DNA from: Macrostomum lignano
Taxonomy: Eukaryota
Assembly: GCA_002269645.1 (NCBI GenBank)
Contig: NIVC01000931.1
Span: 83,470 to 147,469, forward strand
Length of the DNA: 64,000 bases
Reading direction: 5' to 3'
The notes below the pieces were generated by a model, which saw nothing but the letters and a program-made list of their open reading frames with translations, searched no databases and was not told the DNA's origin. Below, piece after piece: positions 13,830 to 25,900 of the stretch; position 1 is the first letter of the stretch, and every line of letters starts with the position of its first letter. Position numbers and translations under genes: made by a program.

Positions 13830-15354
13830 GCTAGACTAGCAATCCATTCTATTCCTGCATCCTTGTGGGCTAGATTAGCAATCCATTCTATTACTGCATC
13901 CATGTATTGGCTAGATTAGCAATCCATTCTATTCCTGCATCCATGAATTGGCTAGATTAGCAATCCATTCTATTCCTGCACCCATGTATTGGCTAGATTA
14001 GCAATCCATTCTATTCCTGCATCCATGCATTGGCTAGATTAGCAATCCATTCTATTCCTGCACCCATGCATTGGCTAGATTAGCAATCCATTCTATTCCT
14101 GCATCCATGCATTGGCTAGATTAGCAATCCATTCTATTCCTGCATCCGTGTATTGGCTAGATTAGCAATCCATTCTATTCCTGCATCCATGCATTGGCTA
14201 GATTAGCAATCCATTCTATTCCTGCACCCATGTATTGGCTAGATTAGCAATCCATTCTATTCCTGCATCCGTGTATTGGCTAGATTAGCAATCCATTCTA
14301 TTCCTGCATCCGTGTACACATGTATTGGCTAGATTAGCAATCCATTCTATTCCTGCATCCGTGTATTGGCTAGATTAGCAATCCATTCTATTCCTGCATC
14401 CATGCATTGGCTAGATTAGCAATCCATTCTATTTCTGCATCCGTGTATTGGCTAGATTAGCAATCCATTCTATTTCTGCATCCGTGTATTGGCTAGATTA
14501 GCAATCCATTCTATTTCTGCATCCGTGTATTGGCTAGATTAGCAATCCATTCTAGCTCGTATTCCTGCACCCATGCATTGGCTAGATTAGCAATCCATTC
14601 TATTCCTGCATCCGTGTATTGGCTAGATTAGCAATCCATTCTATTTCTGCATCCGTGTATTGGCTAGATTAGCAATCCATTCTATTCCTGCATCCGTGTA
14701 TTGGCTAGATTAGCAATCCATTCTATTCCTGCATCCGTGTATTGGCTAGATTAGCAATCCATTCTATTCCTGCATCCATGCATTGGCTAGATTAGCAATC
14801 CATTCTATTCCTGCACCCATATATTGGCTAGATTAGCAATCCATTCTATTCCTGCATCCATGCATTGGCTAGATTAGCAATCCATTCTATTCCTGCATCC
14901 ATGTATTGGCTAGATTAGCAATCCATTCTATTCCTGCACCCATGAATTGGCTAGATTAGCAATCCATTCTATTCCTGCATCCGTGTATTGGCTAGATTAG
15001 CAATCCATTCTATTCCTGCACCCATGAATTGGCTAGATTAGCAATCCATTCTATTCCTGCACCCATGAATTGGCTAGATTAGCAATCCATTCTATTCCTG
15101 CATCCGTGTATTGGCTAGATTAGCAATCCATTCTATTCCTGCACCCATGAATTGGCTAGATTAGCAATCCATTCTATTCCTGCATCCGTGTATTGGCTAG
15201 ATTAGCAATCCATTCTATTCCTGCATCCATGTATTGACTAGATTAGCAATCCATTCTATTCCTGCATCCGTGTATTGGCTAGATTAGCAATCCATTCTAT
15301 TCCTGCACCCATGAATTGGCTAGATTAGCAATCCATTCTATTCCTGCATCCGTG
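13830..15354. repeat. 41-bp satellite (GGCTAGATTAGCAATCCATTCTATTCCTGCA + variable 10 nt), left arm
   Basis: ATTAGCAAT recurs at 14161 and 14202 (period 41). Confidence 0.95.
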
Positions 15355-18300
15355 TGTAGTGATTGACGCGAGAGACAGAAGTTTAGATGAACCAAAAGCT
15401 TACAGCCCCGACTTGGGCGTGGGGTGCTATTATATATTTGAGCTCAAAGCTCTGTAATCGATTGCTCTAGAGTAAGTGTACATCTATGATGCAATGTACA
15501 CAGGAGTTAAAATCAACGTGCCGAGAAAGGGGGGGGCAGAGTACAACATCTTTCCCCTTCACGGAGATTAACGGATTAAAAAAAAATGAATGTCATGCGC
15601 AAAAAAAGCAAAAAGAGGTTTATAGGTTCGTCAGTTTTGCACGAAAAAAATCAGGTCCTATAATTGGGATGCGGTAGTTTGCAGCTTCTTGGATGCGGAC
15701 GGTTCGCGATTGGCAGCTCCCCCGCACCGGCGGCGGCCGGCGGCTCCGCGGGGCCGAAGCGGCCGTCGGGTCGCCTTCTGGACTGCCGGTCTCGTCTGGT
15801 CCGTCTCCTGTTGGCCGCTCTGGCAGTCGCTTAACGTCGCTGGCGTGGCGCATGCAGTTGCTGCCGCCCATGCTCTCCAGGATGACAGAATCGCCTTTGA
15901 CCTCCGTGACTGTCCAAGGCTGAATTTCAAATGGCGTATCCGTTTTCGATGGCTGGATTTTTCTGCGGAGGACTTTATCGCCAGCTTGGATGCGATGCTC
16001 TGCGGCTGATCTTGTCGCGTCGGCGTAGTGCTTCATGGCGGCTTTGTACTGACGGTCTCTGTTCCTGACCGTCTTTGCTGCAGCCTGCGGCTTGACTCCT
16101 GGAATGCAGTCTTGGACTGGTCTCCCGAACATCAGGTCGGCTGGGGCGACTCCTTGTGGCCGTGTGCGGAGTGCTGCGGTACGCGGCGAGCCACTCCTGC
16201 AATGCCGTCCTCCAGTCGGTTCCTTGGGCGTTGGAGATGCGGAGCAGCTTGTTCAGGGACCTGTTGATTCGCTCGGTAATGCCATTGGCCTCGGGATGGT
16301 ACGGTGTGATGCGCCGGTGGCTGATTCCGTGGCTTGTGACGAAACTCCTGAAGGCTTCTGATGTGAATGTCGGACCGTTGTCCGTCACGATTTGCTGGGG
16401 AATCCCGAAGGTCGCGAAGACCTGCTGTAACTGTCTGGTGGTGCGGTCAGCTGTGATCGACTTCATCGCCACGACGATGGGGTAGCGCGAGTAGTGGTCT
16501 ATGATCACCAGGAAATGTCGACCGTTGGCAGGTCCAAGAAAGTCGATGCCGATAGTGGACCAGGCAGACTCTGGCAGCTCAGTCGGTTGCAGTGGGGCTG
16601 CCGAAACTTCCGCTTGATGGTTAGTGGCCGCACATTCCAGGCACTGTGCCACCAGTTGCTTGGCCTCAGCTGACATTCCGGGCCACCAGACCTTGGAGTT
16701 GAGTCGGCGCAGTGTTTTGGTCTCGCCTTGATGTCCTTGATGAGCCAGCTGCAGGACAACGGGCCGCTGGGCTTTTGGGATTACCAATCTTTGGTCTCGC
16801 AGCAGAACGCCAGAAGCCTCGGTCAACTCGTGCCTGGCGGCGTGCAGTCGTCGGATGCTGTCGTCCCGCAGATCCCAATTGCCTGTTCTCAACGATGACA
16901 GCACAGTCGATAGAATGGCATCACGGGCCGTGGCTTCCCGGACTTGCTGCAGGGACAGGCCTCTCGGCGTCGCCGCTTGCGCGATGCTGCCGATGAAGTT
17001 TGTGTCCAGGATCTCGCCGATGTTGATCGATGTCGGAGCGGGCTCTGGCTGCCGGCTGAGGATGTCGCTCGGGTTGAACGGGCCTGGCCGATAGATGACG
17101 CTGAACTGCATGTCCTGGATGCTGAGCGCCATGCGCTCGATGCGTGGAGGTGGGCGCGAGCCGGGCTTGAGCATGAAGGTCAGCGGCTTGTGGTCGGTGA
17201 CGACAGTAAAGTTGGCGGCGCCGCTGAGATAGTGTCGAAATTTCAGGCAGTCGAACTTGATTGCGAGAGCCTCCCGTTCCGTCTGTGAGTACCTCGACTC
17301 GACTGCCGATAGGGCTCTGCTTGCGAATGCAACCGGCTTGGATGAGCCGTCGGACTGAATCTGGCAAAGAATGGCGCCGAGTCCGATGGGGCTGGCGTCG
17401 ACAACGAGTTCGGTATGCCGGTGCTTGTCGAAGAAGACCAGTGTGCTGTCGACTGCGATGCGATCTCGGACTTCTTGAAAAGCCTTGGCCTGCTGCTCGC
17501 CCCACTGCCAGCTTGCACTCTTCTTGGTCAGGTCCCGCAACGGCTTCGTCATGTCCGCCAGGCCTGGCATGAAGCGACTGACAAACGTAACCAGACCGAG
17601 GAAGGAGCGGACTTCCGAGGCGTTCGTTGGCTCTTTGAAGCTTTTGATCGCCGACACCTTGGCTTCAGCTGGCTGGATCCCTTTTGCCGACAGTCGCATG
17701 GCCAGGAAGTTGACCTCCGGCACCGCAAATTTGCACTTGGACGGGTTGAGAGTCAGGCCGTGTCCCTGAAGACGCTGAAGGCAGCTGACTAGGCGACTGT
17801 TGTGCTCCTGGATGTCCCGGGCATACACAATGATGTCGTCGTGCACCCATCTCACTCCTGGCAGGCCGCTGAGTACTGTAGACATCACACGCTGTAGAAT
17901 TTCTGAAGCCGACGTGAAACCCATACAGAGGCGCGTGAGCCTCATTAAGCCCAGTGGTGTCGAGAAGGTCAGAAACTTGCGTGACTCCTGATCGACCTTG
18001 ATTTGGTGAAAGGCTTTATTGATGTCTAGCTCCGAGAAGAAGTGTGAACCGGCCATTTCGTCTGTGACCTCTTCAAAGGTCGGAATCGGCTGCTTCTCCG
18101 GCACTACGTATTGATTGAGGTCTCGAAGGTCTTGGGTGATTCGCACCTGGTTCGGATTGCTTTTTGGTACCACTACCATTCTAGCGACCCATTCGGAAGG
18201 CTCAGATACTCGCTCGATGATGCCTTCGCTGAGCTGGGCGTCGAGCTCTTTGATGGCTGCGTCTCGTAGGTGGATTGGCACTCGGCTAGGCGGGTGGCAC

Positions 18301-19908
18301 ACTGGGATAGCGTTGTCCTTGAGTCGGATGCTCACTTCGACGTCCTTGACGCAGCCAACTCCTTGGAAGAGCGCCCGGTGCTTTTTGAGGATGTTATCAA
18401 GCTGGAGGTTTGCTGGAAGGTTAGCTGAGTTGGCCTCCGGACTCGAGGACTCCATTGCCTTTGCCTTGTCGGCACTCCCGATGCTGTTGATGCGAGTTTC
18501 CGGCGCCGGACCCACTCGTAGTACTCTGAACTTCTCGCTCGTTGCCCTTCCGAGAATGGTGACGCCCGGGTCTTGCACTACTGTGAAGTCCACTACTTCC
18601 TCGAGACCGCTGATTTTGACAAGGAGCTCAGCTCTGCCGGCGGTCGCCAGTGGTGTCTTCGAGCCGAACGGGTACAGCTGCCGTGCTGATCGAAGCAGTG
18701 GCGTTTTGGCTGTTTTGAGATCTTGAAAAGTCGCCTGGTCGATGACATTGCAGCTGGCGCCACTATCGATGAGCGCCTCGACCCGCTTACCGTTGATAGA
18801 GATGCTCATCAGCGGCAGCTTGTTCGCAGTCAGGCAGAAGACCTCCCCTTCGTCGCTTGGTGACTTGCTGGATTCTTCCGGGTGTTGATGCTGACCGCCA
18901 ATGGTGTGCACGCGGTCTCTGGAGTTGCCCTTAGACATACAGGCCTTCGCCAGGTGGCCCACCTTTTTACAGATGTTGCATGTTTTGCCTTTGGCCGCGT
19001 CGCAGCTACGGTGCCCGGTTTCTCCGCATCGGTAGCACTTGGACTTGCTGCCAGGCTTGTACGATGGTCCGTCTTGTTGCTCACCTCTGGTGCGCCTCAT
19101 TGAGTTGACTGTCTCGTCGCGGCGTGACTCCATGGCCGCTGACTGGTAGCTAGCGGCTTCGAAGGCTCGGCACAGCTGCAGTGCATCCTGCAAGTTGATG
19201 TTGGCGGTCTGCAGTAGCCGTCTTCTGAGTTGCTCGGTGTTGCATCCGGCGACAATCTGGTCGCGGATGAGGGAGTCGCGCAAATTGTCGAAGTCGCAGC
19301 TTTCTGCGGCCTTGTATAGCTGACTGACCCATGCGTCGATGCTCTGGCCTGGTTGCTGCGTGCAGTTTCGGAACTCGTATCTTGAGAACACCACGCACCT
19401 GCGGCCTGTGAAGTGATCCTTGAAAGCCTTGATGAGTTCTTCGACTGTGTTTCCGCTGTTGGTCAGCTGTTTGTATAGCTCGGCCAGCTCCCTCCCGCCT
19501 GTGTAGAGCAGGACTTGTCTCTGCTGGGCCGGATCCTTGACTCCGGAGGCGTGGATGAAGCACAGAAAGCGCGACGACCAATCTTCCCACCGTGATGACA
19601 GTGCGTGTGCTTCTTGGTTGACGTTGAATGGCTCAGGTGGAGGCAGTTGCAGTTGAACAACGTTGCGTGTCTGGCCACTGTTTTCAGTAGACATAGCTTA
19701 GCTTGCGACGCCAGTGTAGTGATTGACGCGAGAGACAGAAGTTTAGATGAACCAAAAGCTTACAGCCCCGACTTGGGCGTGGGGTGCTATTATATATTTG
19801 AGCTCAAAGCTCTGTAATCGATTGCTCTAGAGTAAGTGTACATCTATGATGCAATGTACACAGGAGTTAAAATCAACGTGCCGAGAAAGGGGGGGGCAGA
19901 GTACAACA
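15355..19908 (-). mobile_element. Full-length Ty3/Gypsy LTR retrotransposon (Mag-like) inserted in the 41-bp satellite
   Basis: 194-bp LTRs at 15355-15548 and 19715-19908, identical by eye, with TG..CA ends. PBS-like TGGCGTCGCAAGC (plus 19701-19713); PPT GAAGGGGAAAGA (plus 15549-15560); single gag-pol frame in PR-RT-RH-IN order. Confidence 0.96.
15620..19694 (-). CDS. gag-pol: Gag-Pol polyprotein with a +1 frameshift at ~16154 in the integrase C-terminus
   Basis: Zn knuckles CYRCGETGHRSC and CNICKKVGHLAKAC; protease ALIDSGA; RT WVHDD; RNase H VDASPIGLG/YSQTEREAL; integrase HQGH..CLEC and IDF..TDNG..ER. YRSTPHTAT continues as GVAPADLMFGR only after one extra base is removed. Confidence 0.92.
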
Positions 19909-22265
19909 GAGTGCAATCCATTCTATTCCTGCATCCGTGTATTGGCTAGATTAGCAATCCATTCTATTCCTGCATCCGTGTATTGGCTAGATTAGCAATC
20001 CATTCTATTCCTGCATCCGTGTATTGGCTAGATTAGCAATCCATTCTATTCCTGCACCCATGAATTGGCTAGATTAGCAATCCATTCTATTCCTGCACCC
20101 ATGTATTGGCTAGATTAGCAATCCATTCTATTCCTGCATCCATGCATTGGCTAGACTAGCAATCCATTCTATTCCTGCACCCATGCATTGGCTAGATTAG
20201 CAATCCATTCTATTCCTGCACCCATGCATTGGCTAGATTAGCAATCCATTCTATTCCTGCATCCGTGTATTGGCTAGATTAGCAATCCATTCTATTCCTG
20301 CATCCATGTATTGACTAGATTAGCAATCCATTCTATTCCTGTATCCATGTATTGGCTAGATTAGCAATCCATTCTATTCCTGCATCCATGCATTGGCTAG
20401 ATTAGCAATCCATTCTATTCCTGCATCCGTGTATTGGCTAGATTAGCAATCCATTCTATTCCTGCACCCATGCATTGGCTAGATTAGCAATCCATTCTAT
20501 TCCTGCATCCGTGTATTGGCTAGATTAGCAATCCATTCTATTCCTGCACCCATGAATTGGCTAGATTAGCAATCCATTCTATTCCTGCACCCATGCTTTG
20601 GCTAGATTAGCAATCCATTCTATTCCTGCATCCATGCTTTGGCTAGATTAGCAATCCATTCTATTCCTGCATCCATGTATAGGCTAGATTAGCAATCCAT
20701 TCTATTCCTGCATCCGTGTATTGGCTAGATTAGCAATCCATTCTATTCCTGCATCCGTGTATTGGCTAGATTAGCAATCCATTCTATTCCTGCATCCGTG
20801 TATTGGCTAGATTAGCAATCCATTCTATTCCTGCATCCGTGTATAGGCTAGATTAGCAATCCATTCTATTCCTGCATCCGTGTATTGGCTAGATTAGCAA
20901 TCCATTCTATTCCTGCATCCGTGTATAGGCTAGATTAGCAATCCATTCTATTCCTGCATCCGTGTATAGGCTAGATTAGCAATCCATTCTATTCCTGCAT
21001 CCGTGTATTGGCTAGATTAGCAATCCATTCTATTCCTGCATCCATGCTTTGGCTAGATTAGCAATCCATTCTATTCCTGCATCCATGTATAGGCTAGATT
21101 AGCAATCCATTCTATTCCTGCATCCGTGTATTGGCTAGATTAGCAATCCATTCTATTCCTGCACCCATGTATTGACTAGATTAGCAATCCATTCTATTTC
21201 TGCATCCATGTATTGACTAGATTAGCAATCCATTCTATTCCTGCACCCATGTATTGACTAGATTAGCAATCCATTCTATTCCTGCATCCGTGTATTGGCT
21301 AGATTAGCAATCCATTCTATTCCTGCACCCATGAATTGGCTAGATTAGCAATCCATTCTATTCCTGCATCCATGCATTGGCTAGATTAGCAATCCATTCT
21401 ATTCCTGCACCCATGTATTGACTAGATTAGCAATCCATTCTATTCCTGCACCCATGTATTGACTAGATTAGCAATCCATTCTATTCCTGCATCCATGCTT
21501 TGGCTAGATTAGCAATCCATTCTATTCCTGCATCCGTGTATAGGCTAGATTAGCAATCCATTCTATTCCTGCATCCGTGTATTGGCTAGATTAGCAATCC
21601 ATTCTATTCCTGCACCCATGCATTGGCTAGATTAGCAATCCATTCTATTCCTGCACCCATGCATTGGCTAGATTAGCAATCCATTCTATTCCTGCATCCG
21701 TGTATTGGCTAGATTAGCAATCCATTCTATTCCTGCATCCATGTATAGGCTAGATTAGCAATCCATTCTATTCCTGCACCCATGTATTGGCTAGATTAGC
21801 AATCCATTCTATTCCTGCACCCATGCATTGGCTAGATTAGCAATCCATTCTATTCCTGCACCCATGCATTGGCTAGATTAGCAATCCATTCTATTCCTGC
21901 ATCCGTGTATTGGCTAGATTAGCAATCCATTCTATTCCTGCATCCATGTATTGACTAGATTAGCAATCCATTCTATTCCTGCATCCATGTATTGACTAGA
22001 TTAGCAATCCATTCTATTCCTGCACCCATGTATTGGCTAGATTAGCAATCCATTCTATTCCTGCACCCATGTATTGACTAGATTAGCAATCCATTCTATT
22101 TCTGCATCCATGTATTGACTAGATTAGCAATCCATTCTATTCCTGCACCCATGTATTGACTAGATTAGCAATCCATTCTATTCCTGCATCCATGCTTTGG
22201 CTAGATTAGCAATCCATTCTATTCCTGCATCCATGCTTTGGCTAGATTAGCAATCCATTCTATTC
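19909..22265. repeat. 41-bp satellite, right arm
   Basis: Same unit as 13830-15354. Confidence 0.95.
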
Positions 22266-22734
22266 CTTGTACTTTAAAGCGATCTGGTCAAAATCTTCAG
22301 ATCCGAGAGAAAAGTGCAAGCATTCTCTATTTCATTCCCTCTCAAACGCAGCTGCAGGTGACAGACAATATTTGCTCTGCTTGTTCGCACAAGTTTCCCA
22401 CTGCATCTGCCTACCTGTCACTGCACAGGACAGCTATCCGATAACTCCTTGAGCTAAGCTTATCGAATCAAAAAGGAAATAAATGACGGATCTCATGAGC
22501 TCGGCAGCGTTAAGAAAAAAGTTTCATGAGCTCCAAAGAATTCTGCAAAGAGTTTGTTTATTGCTTGAATACCTTTGATGCTGTAATAGTGGCGGTCATC
22601 ATTGCCGTTTGAAAAGCATGGGATCTTTCAGATGCTTGGGATAACTATCTTGTGGGCTAACTAGTGTCCGGGCCACGGCATAGATAGTATCAAGTGATCA
22701 TAATGGCAATTTTCTAGCAGAATGACAAACTCTC

Positions 22735-22921
<187 letters not shown>

Positions 22922-22923
22922 GT

Positions 22924-25900
22924 TCACAGTCGGGTGTCCGCAGCCACTGCCATGGAAGTCTCGCCGTACCCATTTCCGCTGTCGTCGCTGCCACCAATCG
23001 ACGGCTCTCTCTTTGGCGACTTCGACGGCTGCGGCAGTTGCAGCGATACCATCGGTCGCGGCGGCGGCAGCGCCGGAGAGCTCTTCACTGGCGGCGACTT
23101 GCGGTTGACGGCCAGATGGAAGGCGAGCCGCAGCTGTTCGATGCACAAATCCGCGAAGCTTCGCTGCGGAGCGGCGGGAAGTCTCGGGATGAGTTGGCGC
23201 AACCTTCAGCCTTCAAACTCCAAGTTTCTTCGCGTAAACTCCAAGCAAACAGAATTTTCTTATGACTCCACTGTACACTTAATCACACCAATCCAGGTGA
23301 TGATGGAATCCAGGTGATGATGGAATCCAGGTGATGATGGAATCCAGGTGATGATGGAATCCAGGTGATGATGGAATCCAGGTGATGATGGAATCCAGGT
23401 GATGATGGAATCCAGGTGATGATGGAATCCAGGTGATGATGGAATCCAGGTGATGATGGAATCCAGGTGATGATGGAATCCAGGTGATGATGGAATCCAG
23501 GTGATGATGGAATCCAGGTGATGATGGAATCCAGGTGATGATGGAATCCAGGTGATGATGGAATCCAGGTGATGATGGAATCCAGGTGATGATGGAATCC
23601 AGGTGATGATGGAATCCAGGTGATGATGGAATTCAGGTGATGATGGAATCCAGGTGATGATGGAATCCAGAGGATGACAACTGAATCTATTTCTAATGAA
23701 TGACACCTGCCGATTGAGTAATAAAGTCATCAGCTCACTTGAGTTCTCATCGCCAAGGTAGCGCTGCGCCACATCAGCTCGATGAAGCACAGCAGCACCG
23801 CGACTCCCAGTCCGACCAGCATTGAGACAAAAACTCCGCCGAATGAGGCGACGTCCAGGGTGCCGTCTGGGGTGGATCCTGTGTGCACCTCGCTGCACGG
23901 CGGCCCGGTCAGGTTGAACCGCTTGATCCAGGCATCAGACAGGTCCTCGATGAACTGCTCCTTGTGCAGCTTCAGAATCACCTCGCTCAGCTCGTCTCGA
24001 AGTAGTACGTCTTGGAAGTGCAACGTGCGACAAAAGTGAGTCCTGATAGAGTGAAGAATGTCTGAAGCCCAATTCTGAATCACTTACTCTGGGATCGGGA
24101 TCTGGGATCGGGATCTGGGATCGGGATCTGGGATCGGGATCTGGGATCGGGATCTGGGATCGGGATCTGGGATCGGGATCTGGGATCGGGATCTGGGATC
24201 GGGATCTGGGATCGGGATCTGGGATCGGGATCTGGGATCGGGATCTGGGATCGGGATCTGGGATCGGGATCTGGGATCGGGATCTGGGATCGGGATCTGG
24301 GATCGGGATCTGGGATCGGGATCTGGGATCGGGATCTGGGATCGGGATCTGGGATCGGGATCTGGGATCGGGATCTGGGATCGGGATCTGGGATCGGGAT
24401 CTGGGATCGGGATCTGGGATCGGGATCTGGGATCGGGATCTGGGATCGGGATCTGGGATCGGGATCTGGGATCGGGATCTGGGATCGGGATCTGGGATCG
24501 GGATCTGGGATCTGGGATCGGGATCTGGGATCGGGATCTGGGATCGGGATCTGGGATCGGGATCTGGGATCGGGATCTGGGATCGGGATCTGGGATCGGG
24601 ATCTGGGATCGGGATCTGGGATCGGGATCTGGGATCGGGATCTGGGATCGGGATCTGGGATCGGGATCTGGGATCGGGATCTGGGATCGGGATCTGGGAT
24701 CGGGATCTGGGATCGGGATCTGGGATCGGGATCTGGGATCGGGATCTGGGATCGGGATCTGGGATCGGGATCTGGGATCGGGATCTGGGATCGGGATCTG
24801 GGATCGGGATCTGGGATCGGGATCTGGGATCGGGATCTGGGATCGGGATCTGGGATCGGGATCTGGGATCGGGATCTGGGATCGGGATCTGGGATCGGGA
24901 TCTGGGATCGGGATCTGGGATCGGGATCTGGGATCGGGATCTGGGATCGGGATCTGGGATCGGGATCTGGGATCGGGATCACTCACTGCCCTGCGGTACT
25001 GCGAACGCGTAGCTGCTGGGATTGAAGATGCCTCCAATCTGCGTGAGCTCGCAGTCTCTCTCTCGATAGTACTGGTTAAACGTGGACTCAAGGATGTAGG
25101 CGTAGCCTCCCTCCCGAACGCGGCTGATTCCTTCCGATGTTTTCCCGACAAACGACTCGTTTTTAGCGCTCCAGGAAACCATGGAGTCCCACATCCGCCG
25201 GTAGACGGTAATCTTCGAGTTCTGAAATTCGTAGGAACAAAACGAATTTTACACGTAGAAATATTCGTCGTTGTTTACAAATCATACATTGATGAAGGTG
25301 CACACTGCTCACACCTGTCAGTCCAATTTACCTTGAAGAAGTTGTACATGGCCCCGCCAACGGGACAGCCGAACTTCACTTTGCTCTGGCTGGCCAGCGC
25401 TTCCACGCTGTCGATGTTGCCAAGCCGGCTGGTGGTGAGAAAAGCGGCCAGGTTGGCCGTGTAGGAGCTGATGAGCAGCAGGGTGAAGAACCACCAGGTT
25501 GTCGCAACCATCCTCGTCGATGAGGCTCTTGGGGCCAAATCGGATCCTGAGGTTTTGGGATGTTACCGGGATATTAAATCTTAAGTACTTAATTACTTAA
25601 TTGTACGTAGGCTATCGTGGCTACCTAACCCACCCAGTCCATCCTGCGTCCATCCCGACACTGCCTAACACGTCTCACCACCCCTGTTCTTCTATTGACT
25701 CATCGACATTCTAAATTTGGTTAAAAATACTCAACATCGAAAGCCGTTGCCTTACTGAAAGGAAATATGAGAACTTGGCTTGAATAAAATAAAAAATCGA
25801 CCCCAATCAACAACCGCAACTGACCCACCGAATACCGCGTCTCCACAGTCAAATGAAATCGGGTTTTTTGGAGAGCTTCACGGACTCCGAATTGAAGGTC

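Noticed and set aside
16028-19590. Many short ORFs overlapping gag-pol on both strands
   Set aside because: Shadow frames of a GC-rich coding region with no recognisable motifs.
13830-22265. 41-bp array with a constant 31-nt part and a variable 10-nt part, superficially CRISPR-like
   Set aside because: The variable part is only 10 nt and cycles among a few point variants rather than unique spacers; there are no cas genes and the context is eukaryotic.
24089-24980. GGGATC-containing array as a possible telomeric repeat
   Set aside because: It is a 13-bp compound unit located inside an intron and is not TTAGGG-like.
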